Part shown: piece by piece, positions 41,401 through 53,674 of the stretch
How the letters are laid out: every line of letters starts with the position of its first letter
Position numbering within the stretch: position 1 is the stretch's first letter
DNA from: Eledone cirrhosa
Lineage: Eukaryota
Reading direction: 5' to 3'
Assembly: GCA_964016885.1 (NCBI GenBank)
Contig: CAXHJY010000725.1
Span: forward strand, 1 to 64,000
DNA: 64,000 nt
Position numbers and translations under genes: made by a program
The notes under the pieces: model-generated
Told to the model about the DNA's origin: nothing
What the model saw: only the letters and a program-made list of their open reading frames with translations
Databases searched by the model: none

Positions 41401-43082
41401 TTGCTCGGTCGGGGCATAAACGGCCATCAGTCTGAAAACTCCATCTCCAATACTGTTCACGTCTAGGACTACCAGTCTACTCTCCGGGTCCAAGTGTACA
41501 TGCTGTACTTCGAGATCCAGAGTTTGCTGAAACATGACAATCACTCCTCCTCCACCTCCCGGCTGCCAGAGTGATGCGTAGATCTCAAAGTCATTGAAGA
41601 TGGGGGTTAGTTGCTGCCTGTTGTGGATCCTGGACTCGGTGATGACTATTACATCTATACCGTGTGACCTAAGTTCGTTTAAAAGTTGGCCCTGTTTCCA
41701 GGGCATCCCTAGGCAACGCACATTCACGCTTCCAACTCGTAAGTCAGCCATGTTGGTGGAGAATAGTTGGCGAAAAGGACGAAAGGGTGCACTTACCTTT
41801 TCGTTTCCTGGAGATCGGGTTATTCAATCTCCATTCCATTTCTGGTGGGGGTGTTGAGTGGGGTGGGAAACATTTCAACAGGACACGGTTTATTGGTTTT
41901 TGGCAGGGGTTGCCAACGTCCTGTGAAAACTGTTCTTTCAACTTCTGATAGGTTTCTATCGAAACCCTTATTAGTTTTAGGTGTGGTTGTGAGTCTGCTT
42001 TTACAAAAGTTTTCCCCTCAGTTTCCACTTTGGGGTCCTGTGAGATGACCTCCATCAAACTTTTGTTGTTGGTGTTGATGTATATATATTATTGTTTTTG
42101 TTTTGGTTGTGTTGTTTTAGTTTGTTGTTCGTCTGTGAGTTTTCTTTTTTGTGTTTGGGGTGGTGTTGGTGTTTGTTTTGTTGGTGGTGGTGGGGGCGGG
42201 GGTTGTGGTGTTGTTTGTGTTGTTTGTGTCTGTGGTTGTGTGTTGGTGATTGGAGATTTCGGGGTTTTGTGGTGTCTCTTCTTTTGTCTTTTGGATTTCC
42301 GAGGCTCTTCTTTTTCACATAAAGAAGGAGAAGCAGCCTCATCTGTTGCTGAGTAATCATCATCAGGAGTGTGGGATAGGGGTATGTTGTGTGGTGATGG
42401 TGTTTTGGTGTGTGTGTTTGTGGTAGTGTTGGATTGGGTGGGGTGGGGCTGTGTTCTTCAGGGGTGCTGTCTGTGTTTTTTCTGTTGTTTGTGGTTGAGT
42501 GGTTGTTTGATTGGGTGTGTTTGCTTGTTTTGTGTGTTGTTGTGATGGTGGTGGTGATTATTTTGGTGTTGGTGTTGGTAAAAGTACTTTTTTTAAAAAT
42601 CTGTTTGTAAAGGGCAGGAGGCTTTTAGGTGTGATGTGCTTGCACATCGAAAACAGTGTGGCTCTCTAGCTTCAGTTACAATGTTAATGTAGTTTTGGTT
42701 GTCGGGGATTGTGGAAATTCCTTCTGGTTTCATTGTATTAGAATTTCCAAATTTGTCCCTGCCCACCTTTGTCTGCTCGACTTCCTGACCGAAAGAATTG
42801 TATCACTTCCTGGCTCTATAAAACCTGATAAGATCCACCAAATTTTGATGTTTGGTGGTATGTTATTTATTTTAATTTGTTGTGTTCTTTTTCCCATGTA
42901 AGTAGGGAAAAAGGTGTGTGTTTTTGTGATGAATGGTGTAACAGAATGCTTTTGTGCGAGGGCCGCGCTTTTAAAAAGGGCCTCGCTTTTAAAAAACACC
43001 GAAATACTTCCATATAGTCTGGTCCTCTGCATAAAATCAATGTCCGGCAGAGCCTCTTTCAAGGTGGTTTAAATTTCCCCTT
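38404..43082 (-). mobile_element. Tx1 array unit D (long, decayed)
   Basis: Fragmented ORF1 (42730-43062, 41744-42363), APE domain 40954-41751, RT fragments incl. YADD (39522-39899). Confidence 0.92.
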
Positions 43083-43100
43083 AGGTAGATAGATATATAT

Positions 43101-46100
43101 ATTTCTTTATTAGCCACAAGGGCGCACAAGAAAAGAGGACAATACAAAGACACATGTCGGGGATTTTACATACAGTCGTGTAAAAATATTATTAAAACAA
43201 ACAAATTTAACAATCGAAATCCCCCATAGTGGGAAGGCGTTACAAATGGGTTGTTTAATACCCTGTCGATAGAACAACCCTCAACTTCAGGGGAGTGTTG
43301 TGCAAGTGCTCCTTTCTCCCTTTTGCTCTCTTCTTCAACCTACAGGTTTATATACAGAGAAGGCCCAATCACTCGGGCCATTTTTGCTACATTCACCCAC
43401 CTTTCAGTAAATTTACCGGAGTGCAGTGCCTCTCTCTCCACTCTGATTCTCCTTTTAAACTGGTACCTAAAGAAGAGAATAAGTTGTTGTCCGGAGAGAA
43501 AGGCATCTGTCGTCAGTCCTCTCAATCTCGTCCACCATATAACCTCTATTACCATAGCCACTATTCAGAGGAAAACCGCCTTTCTTTCGTTTTTGAAAGA
43601 GGATGGCGGTTTGATTCTTACTATGGATTCGGCAGTCAACTGGATTTGTCCCATACGTGACAGCAGTTGTTCTGCGTAGTTCCAAAGGTCAGTTACGCCT
43701 GGGCAGTGTACAATTGCGTGCAAGACGGTTTCAATGTCCTGTTCGCATCTTGGACACGTCCTCTTGGAAGGATCCTTGCCGGGGCGTCTGTGGCTGAAGA
43801 TCTTGTCTCGAACTGGCAGAGCTCCTCGGTAGCCCTGCCAGGCTAGGGATCTCTGGAAGTTGTCCATAGGTCCCGGGCGGAAAGTCCTACCAAACAGACT
43901 GGTGAGCACGTCGTTTTCGACGCCCAGAGTCTCTCCGAGCTCGTCGTCGCATTTGTAACGTACTAACCCTCCATAGAATGTCGAAGTGGAGTCTCCACTG
44001 ATTGCTGCGTCCGCTTGAAAGTGGACTGTGAGCGCCTGAGCGCATTCAATGTGCCAGGCGCCCATTTTCTTAGGTCTTTTCTTGACCCAGGACTGCAGCT
44101 CCGTTAGCGAGACAAGTTGCGGGTAGGCCTGTCTCACAAACGGGGCCCACACCGGTTGGTTGTTGGTGAGGAATACCTGGAGATGTCGCTGCCTCAGCGC
44201 GTGTTTGCGTATCATCAGCCCGGCATTCCCAGCCCTTCGATGGGAGGGTGCTGGCAGCAGACGGATCTCCTCACCAGTGGAGTCTGCTTCTTCGAAAGGA
44301 ATTGGAAGAGCGTGCGTTCCATCTTGGTGAGGTGTTCATGTGGACAAGCCACGACAGTCAAGCGGTAGTAGATGACGGACGCTATGAAAGTGTTCGCCAC
44401 CTCCGCTCGATCTTTCAAGGACAGTTTGCACTCTGCCCATTTATGGGTGGGCGCAAACACCTTGGCCGTGACCTCGTTCCAGTTTTTCTCCACCTGGAGG
44501 TCTTGACCGAACCATACCCTGAGAAATTTCACCGGTCCCTCCGTCCAGCGTCCGACGACGCTGTCGGACTCCATCGGATTGCCTCTCCTCTTGACCGTCG
44601 AGCAGATGTTGGCGTGCAATGGTTTGATCCAGCTTCTGAAAACGGGTCCGAAACCGGCCGCCTTGAGACCGCTACCAGGTATTGATGGTCGATCCTATCG
44701 AACGCCTTAGACTGATCTAAATTGATCAGAGCCCCACCGAAGCCGTGTTTACATCCCATCCTCTCTCTGATGTATCGCATGAGGTGGAGGTTGTCGTGTA
44801 TGGACCTGGTTGGAATTGCACACGTTTGAGCTTTTCCCACCAGGTTCTCGACGACAAGCGCCTGTCCCATTGCTAACACCTTGGCCAAAATCTTTAACTC
44901 TGTGTTGAGCAGAGTTATGGGCCTAAAGTTGCTTAGTTCGTTCCCCTTGTTTTCGTCTTTCCTGATTCTTACTATGGATTCGGCAGTCAACTGGATTTGT
45001 CCCATACGTGACACAGTTGTTCTGCGTAGTTCCAAAGGTCAGTTACGCCTGGGCAGTGTACAATTGCGTGCAAGACGGTTTCAATGTCCTGTTCGCAGGA
45101 TTGGAAATTCTCCCGTTCTGCTGCCAGTTGCAGTAGACGGGTTCGAGGACACCAGAGAACAAGTCCGGCATGCCTATGTAAAACTTGTCCCGTATTTGAA
45201 TGGCTGTGATCGGTCTTTCGCAGAAGGCGTCCATGCTCGAGAGACGCGCAGGCCGTCGAGGTATGAACAGAAGTCTATTGCCCCGTTCGGTGCACCATTG
45301 CTCTGCTCGAACAATTGCGCAAAGTGCCGCTGAAAGTCCGTTCGCATCCGCTTGGAGTCAAGCAGCACGCGTGCGTTTTGATCTTTCAAAGACCGAATCG
45401 TGGACTTGTTGCCACTTTTCGCCTCTGCCACTCGGGCCCAGCTAACAGCTTTTACTCCCTCGTTTCCTAGAGCACGTGTTCTACTCCAGACAACGCAGCC
45501 TTCGTGTTTCGCATCGAAGAACTGGTATAGTGCCGTTCTCGTTGCTAGCACTCTAGCTGCGTTGCCACCCCTGAACGCCTCCACTACCTTGGCTACTAGT
45601 TCTCTTTTGTCTTGTTTTTCTCTAAGGCTAGTTCTTTGCTAAAAGCTATCGACACTACTCTAATTGTTCTCTTGAGAGCGTACCACCATCTATTGTTGAC
45701 GATGGCTCCCGTCAACTGTTGCTTAACTAATCTACTTATCCGTCTACTGTAAGATTTACGCGTCGGTAACGACATGTTCAGTTTCCAGTATTCTGGTCTC
45801 TTTCCATGTGTTCTATCATGGTTGACTATGCAGATGACTAGTACAGATGACTAGTACTATGCAGATGACTAGTACTATGCAGATGACTAGTACAGATGAC
45901 TAGTACATTTTCTTCTCCATCTCTCTCTCTAATGAAGAACCTATCTAAATACGATCTAGATGTCCTGCTACGATTTGTCCACGTCCACTGTGGTGCAGTC
46001 GGGAAATCTAGTCGATACCTATCAGTCACTTGGAATTGGCCGATTAAAATTTTGAGGTGTTGCACCCCCCGTCTACTGGGACATGTTCCTACATAGTCCC

Positions 46101-46594
46101 AATGTGCGTCTAGGTTACCATTCCAGTCCCCCACTAAAAGCAAGGAGCGAGACGTTCCCAGAAAAGACTCTAGACGCTTAAAGAAATCTGGCCGCGATTG
46201 CCCAGTCGGGGCATAAACGGCCACCAGTCTGAAGGCTCCACCTCCAACACTGTTCACGTCTAGAACTACCAGTCTACCCTACGGGTCCAAGTGTATTTGC
46301 CTTATTTCGAGGTCCAGGTTTTTTCTGAAACATAACTACCACTCCCCTCCACCTCCGGGCATTATAGATGGGGGTTAGTTGCTGCCTGTTGTGGATCCTG
46401 GACTCGGTGATGGCTATCACATCCATATCTTGTGACCTAAGGTCATTTAAAAGTTGGTCCCGTTTCCAGGACATCCCTAGGTCACGCACATTCACACTAG
46501 CAACTCGTAAATTAGCCTTGTTGGTGGAGAAGAGTTGGCGAAAAGGACGAAAAGGTGCACTTACCTTTTCGTTTGCTGGAGATTGGGTTGTTCT
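43101..46594 (-). mobile_element. Tx1 array unit E (decayed, rearranged)
   Basis: APE/RT fragments, RT core deletion near 44590, internal duplication 44963-45097, 18-bp tandem repeat 45824-45906. Confidence 0.9.
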
Positions 46595-46857
46595 AGATAT
46601 ATAGATAGATAGATAGATAGATAGATAAATTTCTATTTATTTGCCACGAGGGCACAAAAGAAGGGGACATTTACACAGTGGGGGAGTTTACATAAATCGA
46701 GTAAAGAAAAAAGGAATAACAATAATAATATAACAATAAAGTCCTCAAAAGGGAGGGGGCGTGTTGGGGATTGCACATACCCCCGAAAAGTGTGCAACTC
46801 TTTTCGCGGGGGAAGCCCAGAGAGGAGGCGCTCCCCCTTTCCTCTTCACTTCTTCAC

Positions 46858-49800
46858 CTACAGAACAATGTAAAGAGAAGGCCCATTTACACGGGCCATT
46901 CTCGCTTCTTTCACCCACCTTTCATAAAACTGTCTGGGACCAAGCACTTCTCTCTCCATCCTGATTCTTCTTCCGAAGTGGTATCGGAAGAAGTAAACCA
47001 GGTGATGGCCGGAGAGAAAGTCACCCGACCTCAGACCTTTCAGGCGCGTCCACCACACAACCTCTTTCATCATGGCTATTACGCACAGAAAGACCGCCTC
47101 TGCTTCATTTCTGAAGGGAGGAGGCGGCTTGATGTTCACCACAGACTCGGCGGTTAATCGAATCGGCGCCACACGCGACAGCAGTCGTTCGACGTAGCCC
47201 CACAGATCGGCAACGCCCGGGCAGTGTACCAGTCCATGCGCAACGGTTTCCTCGTCGCGCACGCATCTGGGACAGATCTTTTTCGCGGGATCCCTGCCCG
47301 GGCGCCCGTGTCTGTAGAGCTTTTCTCGAACGGGCAGAGCCCCCCGGTAACACTGCCAGGCTAGGGACCTCTGGAAGTTGTCCATGGGTCCCGGGCCGAA
47401 AGTTCTACCGAACAGGCTGGCCAGTTCGTCCTCCTCCATGCCTAGCGACTCTCCAAGGGTGTCGTCGCCCCTGCTAGCCACCAACCCTCTATAGAATGTC
47501 GAGGTGGATTCTCCACTGACAGTCGGGTCCGCTTGCCAAATAGCCGTGAGCGCCTGGGCACACTCGGTGTGCCAGTTGCCCAGTTTTCTCGGTCTTTGCT
47601 TCACCCAGGATTGCAGTTCGGTGAGCGAGACGAGCTGTGGGAAGGCTCGCCTCACAAACGGGGCCCACACCGGCTGACCGTTGAGGAATACCTGTAGATG
47701 CCGTAGCCTCAATGCGTGCCTACGCATCAACAGCCACGGCATACCCAGCCCTCCTTTCGAAGGGTGCTGGCAGCAGATGGATCTCCTCACCATGGGAGGC
47801 CGCTTCTTCCAGAGGAACTGGAAGAGCATGCGTTCCATGATGGTGAGCTTTTCCTTGGGGCAAGGCACGACGGTCAGGCGGTAGTAGATGACGGACGCTA
47901 TGTAAGCGTTCGTCACCTCCGCCCGACCTTTCAGTGATAGTTTGCACTTGGCCCACTTCTGGGTCAGCGCAAACACCCTGCTCGTCACCTCGCCCCAATT
48001 CTTCTCCACCTGGAGGTCCGATCCGAACCAGACCCCGAGCAGCTTCACCGGGCCCTCCGTCCACCGCCCGACGACACCGTCTAACGGCATCGGTTTGCCC
48101 CTCCACGTTCCGAGTTGCAAACCGACTGACTTGTCCTGGTTCAGCTTAGCCCCCGTCAGCCTTTCGTATTCCTCCAGTAGGGTGGCGATCGCCCCGATTT
48201 CCGAGGCGTCCGCCACCATTACTGTTACGTCGTCGGCATAGGCCGAGACCGCTTTGTGCAATCCCGGTTCCAGGGGTATGCCCCGCAGCAACTCCAACTT
48301 CCGCAGCAGTGGCTCGAGAGTCAATACGTACAGAAGGGAGGAGAGGGGGCACCCCTGTCTGATGGATCGGGTGATTTGAAACGGCTCCGAGAGGTAGCCG
48401 TTTACTTTAATCCTAGAGTAGATGTTGCCACTGTGCATGGCAGAAATCCAGCCCCTGAAAACGGGTCCGAAGCCCGCCGCCGCTAGCACCGCATCCAGGT
48501 AACCATGGTCGACCCTATCGAACGCCTTAGATTGATCCAAGTTGATCAGGGCCCCACCAAAGCCGGGTTCGTAGCCAACCCTCTCTATGATGTATCGCAT
48601 GAGGTGGAGGTTGTCGTGAATGGACCTGGACGGGATAGCGTATGTCTGCGCGTCTCCCACCAAACCACCCACCACAAGCGCCAACCTCTTCGCCAACACC
48701 TTGGCCAAAATCTGTAACTCTGCATTCAGCAGAGTTATGGGCCTAAAGTTACTTAAGTCGTCCCCCTTGCTCTCGTCCTTCCTCACTAGCGTGACCACGC
48801 CCTTGGTCACAGAACAGGGAATTCTCCCGTTCTGTTGCCAGTTGCAATAGACAGCCTCGAGGAGTTCGGAGAACAAGACCGGCATAGCTAAATAAAGTTC
48901 GTATGGTAGACCATCGAGACCCGGGGATTTGCGTCTGCTGCATTGGCTGAGCGCTTCCCCGATTTCAGTGGCTGTGATTGGCCTTTCGCAGCACTCCGCT
49001 TCGCCGCTCGAAAGACGCGGTAGACCGTCGAGGTATGGACGGAAGTCCACATCCCCGTCCGGCCCCCCGCCACCTCCGAACAGTCGAGCAAAGTGCCTTT
49101 GAAAGGTCTCGCACATTCGCTCAGGTTCAAGGATCACCCGTCCATCCTGGTCTCGCAAAGACCGAATGGTGGATTTAATCCCACTCTTGGCTTCTGTCAC
49201 GCGGGCCCAGCTAACAGCTTTGGTCCCCTCGTTTCCTAAAGCACGTATTTTACTTCGGACAACGCAGCCTTCGTGCTTCGCGTCAAAGAACTGGCTCAAT
49301 GCCGTTCTCGTCGCTAACACTCTGGCTACGTCTCCGCTCCTAATCGCCTCTTCTAGTTTATCTGTTAACTCCCTTTCCCTCCTATTTCTATTCGCCGCTA
49401 GTTCCTTACTGTAACCTATCGAACTTACTCTAATCTCTCTCTTTAGAGATATCCACCACCTACTGTTGACGATCGCTTCCGTCAACCGCATCTTAACTAA
49501 GCTACTAATCCGGTTTCTGTAATCTTTCTTTGTCGGTAAGGACAAGTTCATCTTCCAGTAACCGGGACCCTGTCTATGCGTTCTATCAAGGTTGACCACG
49601 CAGGTCACTAATTTGTGATCTGAATAGCCAACCATGATCAGTTCTGGACAACTAAATACGTCCCTATCCTTACTCCTAACCAAAAACCTATCTAGGTACG
49701 ATCTAGATTGTCCACTGCGGTTTGCCCAGGTCCAGGTTGGCGCAGTTGGACAATCTAGTCGAAATCTATCGACCAGGTCGAATCGATCGAGTAACCCCTT

Positions 49801-50286
49801 GAGGCTGCTACACCCCCCTCTATCGGGACATGCCCCTGCATAGTCCCAACGCGTATCTAGGATTCCATTCCAGTCCCCCACTAAAAGCAGGGAACGCGAC
49901 GTTCCTAGAAAAGTCTCCAGACGCTGGAAGAAGTCGGCTCTTTCCGCCCCGAAGGGAGCATAAAGACCGACCAGTCTGAAAGCCCCGCCTTCACCGCCTC
50001 CGACGTCCAGCACCAGTAATCGACCCCCCGGGTCCGAGTGAACAATCTGTACATCGAGAGTCAGACGTTTATCCAGCAGTACGGCAACTCCCCCCCCGCC
50101 TCCGGGTTGACAGAGAGATGCGTGCATCTCAAAGTCATCGAAGGCGGGCGCCAGCTGTCTCACGCTGCTGATCCGACTCTCGCAAACAACCATCACATCT
50201 ATACTTTGTGACCTGAGGTCACTTAGAAGCTTTGCTTGCTTCCAAGCTGAGCCCAGGCCACGCGCGTTCAAACAGCCAACTCTCAA
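46858..50286 (-). CDS. ORF2: APE endonuclease + reverse transcriptase + C-terminal zinc finger
   Basis: LNARGL, VCES, YAP, GDWN, YLDRF, SDHK (APE); SPGLDG, FRPITLLN, KAFDRV, RQGCPLS, YADD (RT); CPRC..ETVAHGLVHC. Confidence 0.95.
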   Translation of the reverse strand: MRVGCLNARGLGSAWKQAKLLSDLRSQSIDVMVVCESRISSVRQLAPAFDDFEMHASLCQPGGGGGVAVLLDKRLTLDVQIVHSDPGGRLLVLDVGGGEGGAFRLVGLYAPFGAERADFFQRLETFLGTSRSLLLVGDWNGILDTRWDYAGACPDRGGCSSLKGLLDRFDLVDRFRLDCPTAPTWTWANRSGQSRSYLDRFLVRSKDRDVFSCPELIMVGYSDHKLVTCVVNLDRTHRQGPGYWKMNLSLPTKKDYRNRISSLVKMRLTEAIVNSRWWISLKREIRVSSIGYSKELAANRNRRERELTDKLEEAIRSGDVARVLATRTALSQFFDAKHEGCVVRSKIRALGNEGTKAVSWARVTEAKSGIKSTIRSLRDQDGRVILEPERMCETFQRHFARLFGGGGGPDGDVDFRPYLDGLPRLSSGEAECCERPITATEIGEALSQCSRRKSPGLDGLPYELYLAMPVLFSELLEAVYCNWQQNGRIPCSVTKGVVTLVRKDESKGDDLSNFRPITLLNAELQILAKVLAKRLALVVGGLVGDAQTYAIPSRSIHDNLHLMRYIIERVGYEPGFGGALINLDQSKAFDRVDHGYLDAVLAAAGFGPVFRGWISAMHSGNIYSRIKVNGYLSEPFQITRSIRQGCPLSSLLYVLTLEPLLRKLELLRGIPLEPGLHKAVSAYADDVTVMVADASEIGAIATLLEEYERLTGAKLNQDKSVGLQLGTWRGKPMPLDGVVGRWTEGPVKLLGVWFGSDLQVEKNWGEVTSRVFALTQKWAKCKLSLKGRAEVTNAYIASVIYYRLTVVPCPKEKLTIMERMLFQFLWKKRPPMVRRSICCQHPSKGGLGMPWLLMRRHALRLRHLQVFLNGQPVWAPFVRRAFPQLVSLTELQSWVKQRPRKLGNWHTECAQALTAIWQADPTVSGESTSTFYRGLVASRGDDTLGESLGMEEDELASLFGRTFGPGPMDNFQRSLAWQCYRGALPVREKLYRHGRPGRDPAKKICPRCVRDEETVAHGLVHCPGVADLWGYVERLLSRVAPIRLTAESVVNIKPPPPFRNEAEAVFLCVIAMMKEVVWWTRLKGLRSGDFLSGHHLVYFFRYHFGRRIRMEREVLGPRQFYERWVKEARMARVNGPSLYIVL

Positions 50287-50291
50287 TTGAT

Positions 50292-52127
50292 CTATTTTGG
50301 TGTTGAAAGTGAAGAAAGAAAAGCACTTACCTCTCCGGGTTGCGTAATTTCCATGGCATCAGGTGTGTTGGGTGGAGGGATGTTTTGTGGTGGTGTGGGG
50401 GTACACGTGTGTGGTGGGGTTGGGGTATTTGGAGTTGTGTCAGGGAGAGGGGCGGTTATGGGGAAATCTTTCAAGAGGACGCGATTCAACGGTTTTAAAC
50501 AGGGGGGGCTCACGTCCCGTCTAAATTGTTCTTTTAAGGAACGATAAAGGTCCAGAGGGACCTTTATCATTTTTAAATGGGTGAAGTTCTCTGTTGAGAT
50601 AAAGTTTGGCCCTTCGGTCTGCACCATAGGGTTATTGTTTATTAATTTAACCAGTTTTTTGTTTTCTTTATTTATATATGTGTATTGCAACGTCTTTTTT
50701 TGTGATGCTGTCAATGTTTCGGAGAGGGGAGGCGCAGATTTATTTTTGTTTGTTGAGGGTGGGGTGTTTTTGATTGGAGTTGGTGTTTGTGTGTGGGTTA
50801 TTTGTGGTGTGCTGGGTGTGTGTTTTCTTTTTTTTCTTTTAACTTGTCTGAAGGCTTCTCCTCCTTCTTCTTCAGAAGTTGGGGGAAACTCTTCAGCGCT
50901 AGGTGGGAGGGACGTGTTGTGTGGTTGTTTTTTTTTTGCGGGAGGGGTAGATTTGTTACTGTTTTTTTTATTATTTGTTTGGAATGGGTTTTGTGGTGGT
51001 GGTGGTGGTAATGTTTGTGTCGTGCTTGTGGTTGGTGATGGTGGTGGTGATGTTTGTGTTGTGGTTGGTGGTGGTGATTTTTGTGTCGTGCTTGTGTTTG
51101 GTGCTGGTGGTGGTGATGTTTGTGTTGTGTTTGTGGTTGGTGGTGTCTGTATTTTGTTTGCTGTGTGTGGTATTAGTGTATTTTTGGAGGTGGGTGGTGC
51201 TGGTGTACTGTTTGTGGTGGGTGTGGGCAATAGTCCTTTTTGGGGGATACGTTTCGGGCAGTTAGCCTTAACGTGTCCCCTTTCCATGCATAAATAGCAT
51301 GCTGGTCTTCTCCCCTCTACAATTATGTCTATTGGGGTAAGGTCATCCAGCCAGATGCGATCCGGGATTTGTGCTATTCTTTCGGGCCTCATTTGGACTA
51401 GTATGTCGAGGCCCATTCCCAGGAACGCATCTCCAGTTGCCTTCCCCATTGACAGCATAGTGTCTTCGCCCATATCAATGAAGCCAGCAATAGCCCACCA
51501 GAAGTCCATTGTGGGCAGCATTGTTTTTACTTTTACTCTCTGTGTTCTTCTACCCATGTAGGAGGGATAGAAGCTATATGTTGTCGACGAGAGTGGGCTT
51601 AGGGAAAGCTTCTCCGCCGTTTCTTTGTCTCTTGTTAGGACCGAAATGCTGCCATAGAGTCGGTCCTTTCGTATGAAGAGAATATTCTTCATATAGTCTT
51701 TTAGGACTAACTCTATTTCCATTTGGCTGGGCTGTGCTGGCTTTCTTGTCTGGTTCAGTATAGTTCTGTATAGAACTGTGTTTTCTGCTCTGGCTTTCTT
51801 GAATTCTGGGGGGGAGTTAATGGAAAACATTCCGTTCTCCCCCAAAACAATGTGTTTCTTTGCTTCGGCCAGTTTTTCTCTGGCGGCAGTTAGGTCAATT
51901 GGTGTGTATGTAATGGATTGTTTTGTTTTCTGGGCGAAAGTTGCCCTGTCGTTATTTGTATTATTTTCTGTTTGTTTGTTTTCTGTTTGCTCATTTTCCT
52001 TAACATTTGTTTTTTCATTTTGTTTGTTTGTTTCAATGTCTAATTTTGTTGTAATTATTTTTTGTTCTTCAGACTTGGGGGGCGTGGCAGAGCTAATGGC
52101 AGACATGTCTGCCATCTTTTCCGCCAT
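50292..52127 (-). CDS. ORF1: gag-like nucleic-acid-binding protein with CCHC zinc knuckle
   Basis: First ATG at 52127 (MAEKMADM); CYLCMERGHVKANC knuckle; Pro/Thr-rich region and basic KRKKRK; directly upstream of ORF2. Confidence 0.88.
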   Translation of the reverse strand: MAEKMADMSAISSATPPKSEEQKIITTKLDIETNKQNEKTNVKENEQTENKQTENNTNNDRATFAQKTKQSITYTPIDLTAAREKLAEAKKHIVLGENGMFSINSPPEFKKARAENTVLYRTILNQTRKPAQPSQMEIELVLKDYMKNILFIRKDRLYGSISVLTRDKETAEKLSLSPLSSTTYSFYPSYMGRRTQRVKVKTMLPTMDFWWAIAGFIDMGEDTMLSMGKATGDAFLGMGLDILVQMRPERIAQIPDRIWLDDLTPIDIIVEGRRPACYLCMERGHVKANCPKRIPQKGLLPTPTTNSTPAPPTSKNTLIPHTANKIQTPPTTNTTQTSPPPAPNTSTTQKSPPPTTTQTSPPPSPTTSTTQTLPPPPPQNPFQTNNKKNSNKSTPPAKKKQPHNTSLPPSAEEFPPTSEEEGGEAFRQVKRKKRKHTPSTPQITHTQTPTPIKNTPPSTNKNKSAPPLSETLTASQKKTLQYTYINKENKKLVKLINNNPMVQTEGPNFISTENFTHLKMIKVPLDLYRSLKEQFRRDVSPPCLKPLNRVLLKDFPITAPLPDTTPNTPTPPHTCTPTPPQNIPPPNTPDAMEITQPGEVSAFLSSLSTPK

Positions 52128-52328
52128 GCTGCCAAGAAAGAAATTTTTCGGCAAAAATAGATATTTATTTTACCCCCTAAAAAGGGGGTAAATGCAAAAA
52201 TGTTTCCCTAAATAACAGGGGTTAGTGTTCCAAATGTGTTGCACTAAAAAATTTATCCGGTACTTACAATAGTAAGGGTAAATCCCGATGGAATAGCGGA
52301 GCCGATGCGAAGCGTGTCTTACTCTATC

Positions 52329-52366
<38 letters not shown>

Positions 52367-52368
52367 TA

Positions 52369-52452
<84 letters not shown>

Positions 52453-52535
52453 GAGAGAGAGAGACAGAGTGACATCGTGACATAGTGGTAGTGTGAGGAA
52501 GAGGAAGAGAAAGATAGAGAGAGAGATAGATAGAT

Positions 52536-52604
52536 TTCTTTATTAGCCACAAGGGCGCAACAAGAAAGGGGACAATACAAAGACATGCCGGGGATTTTAC
52601 ATAC
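52536..52604 (-). mobile_element. Tx1 array unit G (tiny 3' fragment) with ~22-bp TSD
   Basis: atagagagagagatagatagat at 52514-52535 and 52605-52626. Confidence 0.85.
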
Positions 52605-52647
52605 ATAGAGAGAGAGATAGATAGATAGATATGTAGATAGATAGATA

Positions 52648-53320
52648 AATTTCTTTATTAGCCACAAGGGCACAAAAGAAGGGGACAAATACAAATGGGG
52701 AGTTTACATACAGGTATATGAAAATAAAACTATTAATAAAATAACAAATAACAATTGATATCCCCAATAGGGGGGGGGGGGGGGGGGGGCGTTACACAGG
52801 GGTTGTACACACCCCGAAAAAATCTACAACCCTCATCTTCAAGAGCACCAAGAGTGAGTACTCCCCTCCTCTCTTCCTCTTTTTCCTCAACCTACAGGCT
52901 TATATAGAGAGAAGGCCCAACCACTCGGGCCATTTTTGCCACATTCACCCACCTTTCATAAAATTTGCTGGAGTACAGCACCTCTCCCTCCATCCTGATT
53001 CTTCTTCCAAAATGACATTTGAAAAAACGAATCAGTTGCTCGCCGGAGAGAAAGGTGTCTGACCTCAGCCCTTTTAACCTCGTCCACTATATAACCTCTT
53101 TCACCATAGCCATAACACATAGGAAAACCGCCTCTCCTTCGTTTTTGAAGGAGGGTGGCGGTTTGATCATGACAATGGACTCGTTTGTCAACTGTATTGG
53201 TCCCACTCGCGACAATAGTCGTTCTACATAACCCCACAGGTCGGTAACGCCCGGGCAGTGTACAAATGCGTGTGCGACGGTTTCCTCGTTGCGCACGCAT
53301 CTCGGACAGATCTTTTTCGA
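52648..53320 (-). mobile_element. Tx1 array unit H (3' fragment) with 19-bp TSD
   Basis: atatgtagatagatagata at 52629-52647 and 53321-53339; ORF2 C-terminus remnant. Confidence 0.9.
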
Positions 53321-53326
53321 ATATGT

Positions 53327-53436
<110 letters not shown>

Positions 53437-53674
53437 TATAGATAGAATGAAATAGGCAGGTAGGTAGGTAGAGGATATATTTTCCAGATAGTTTATATAT
53501 ATGTTTTTTCTCTGTGTTTGGTATAAGTTTTGTTGTTGTTTGTTATTTATCCTTTATCCTTCTTAGTTTAATATGTATTCTGTGTTATCAATCAAGTATT
53601 TGCCATATAAGCTTGCTGTTACATGCATTAATAGTGTGTGTACTTAATCAGACCACTTATATTTTCTTTGGTAT

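Larger units (their letters stand above)
46628..52329 (-). mobile_element. Tx1 array unit F: near-intact full-length Tx1/L1-clade retrotransposon
   Basis: Short 5' UTR, two long uninterrupted ORFs, 3' UTR with AATAAA, (GATA)n on both sides. Confidence 0.95.

Noticed and set aside
47681-52191. Plus-strand ORFs overlapping the Tx1 element
   Set aside because: Antisense shadows of ORF1/ORF2 with no recognisable motifs.
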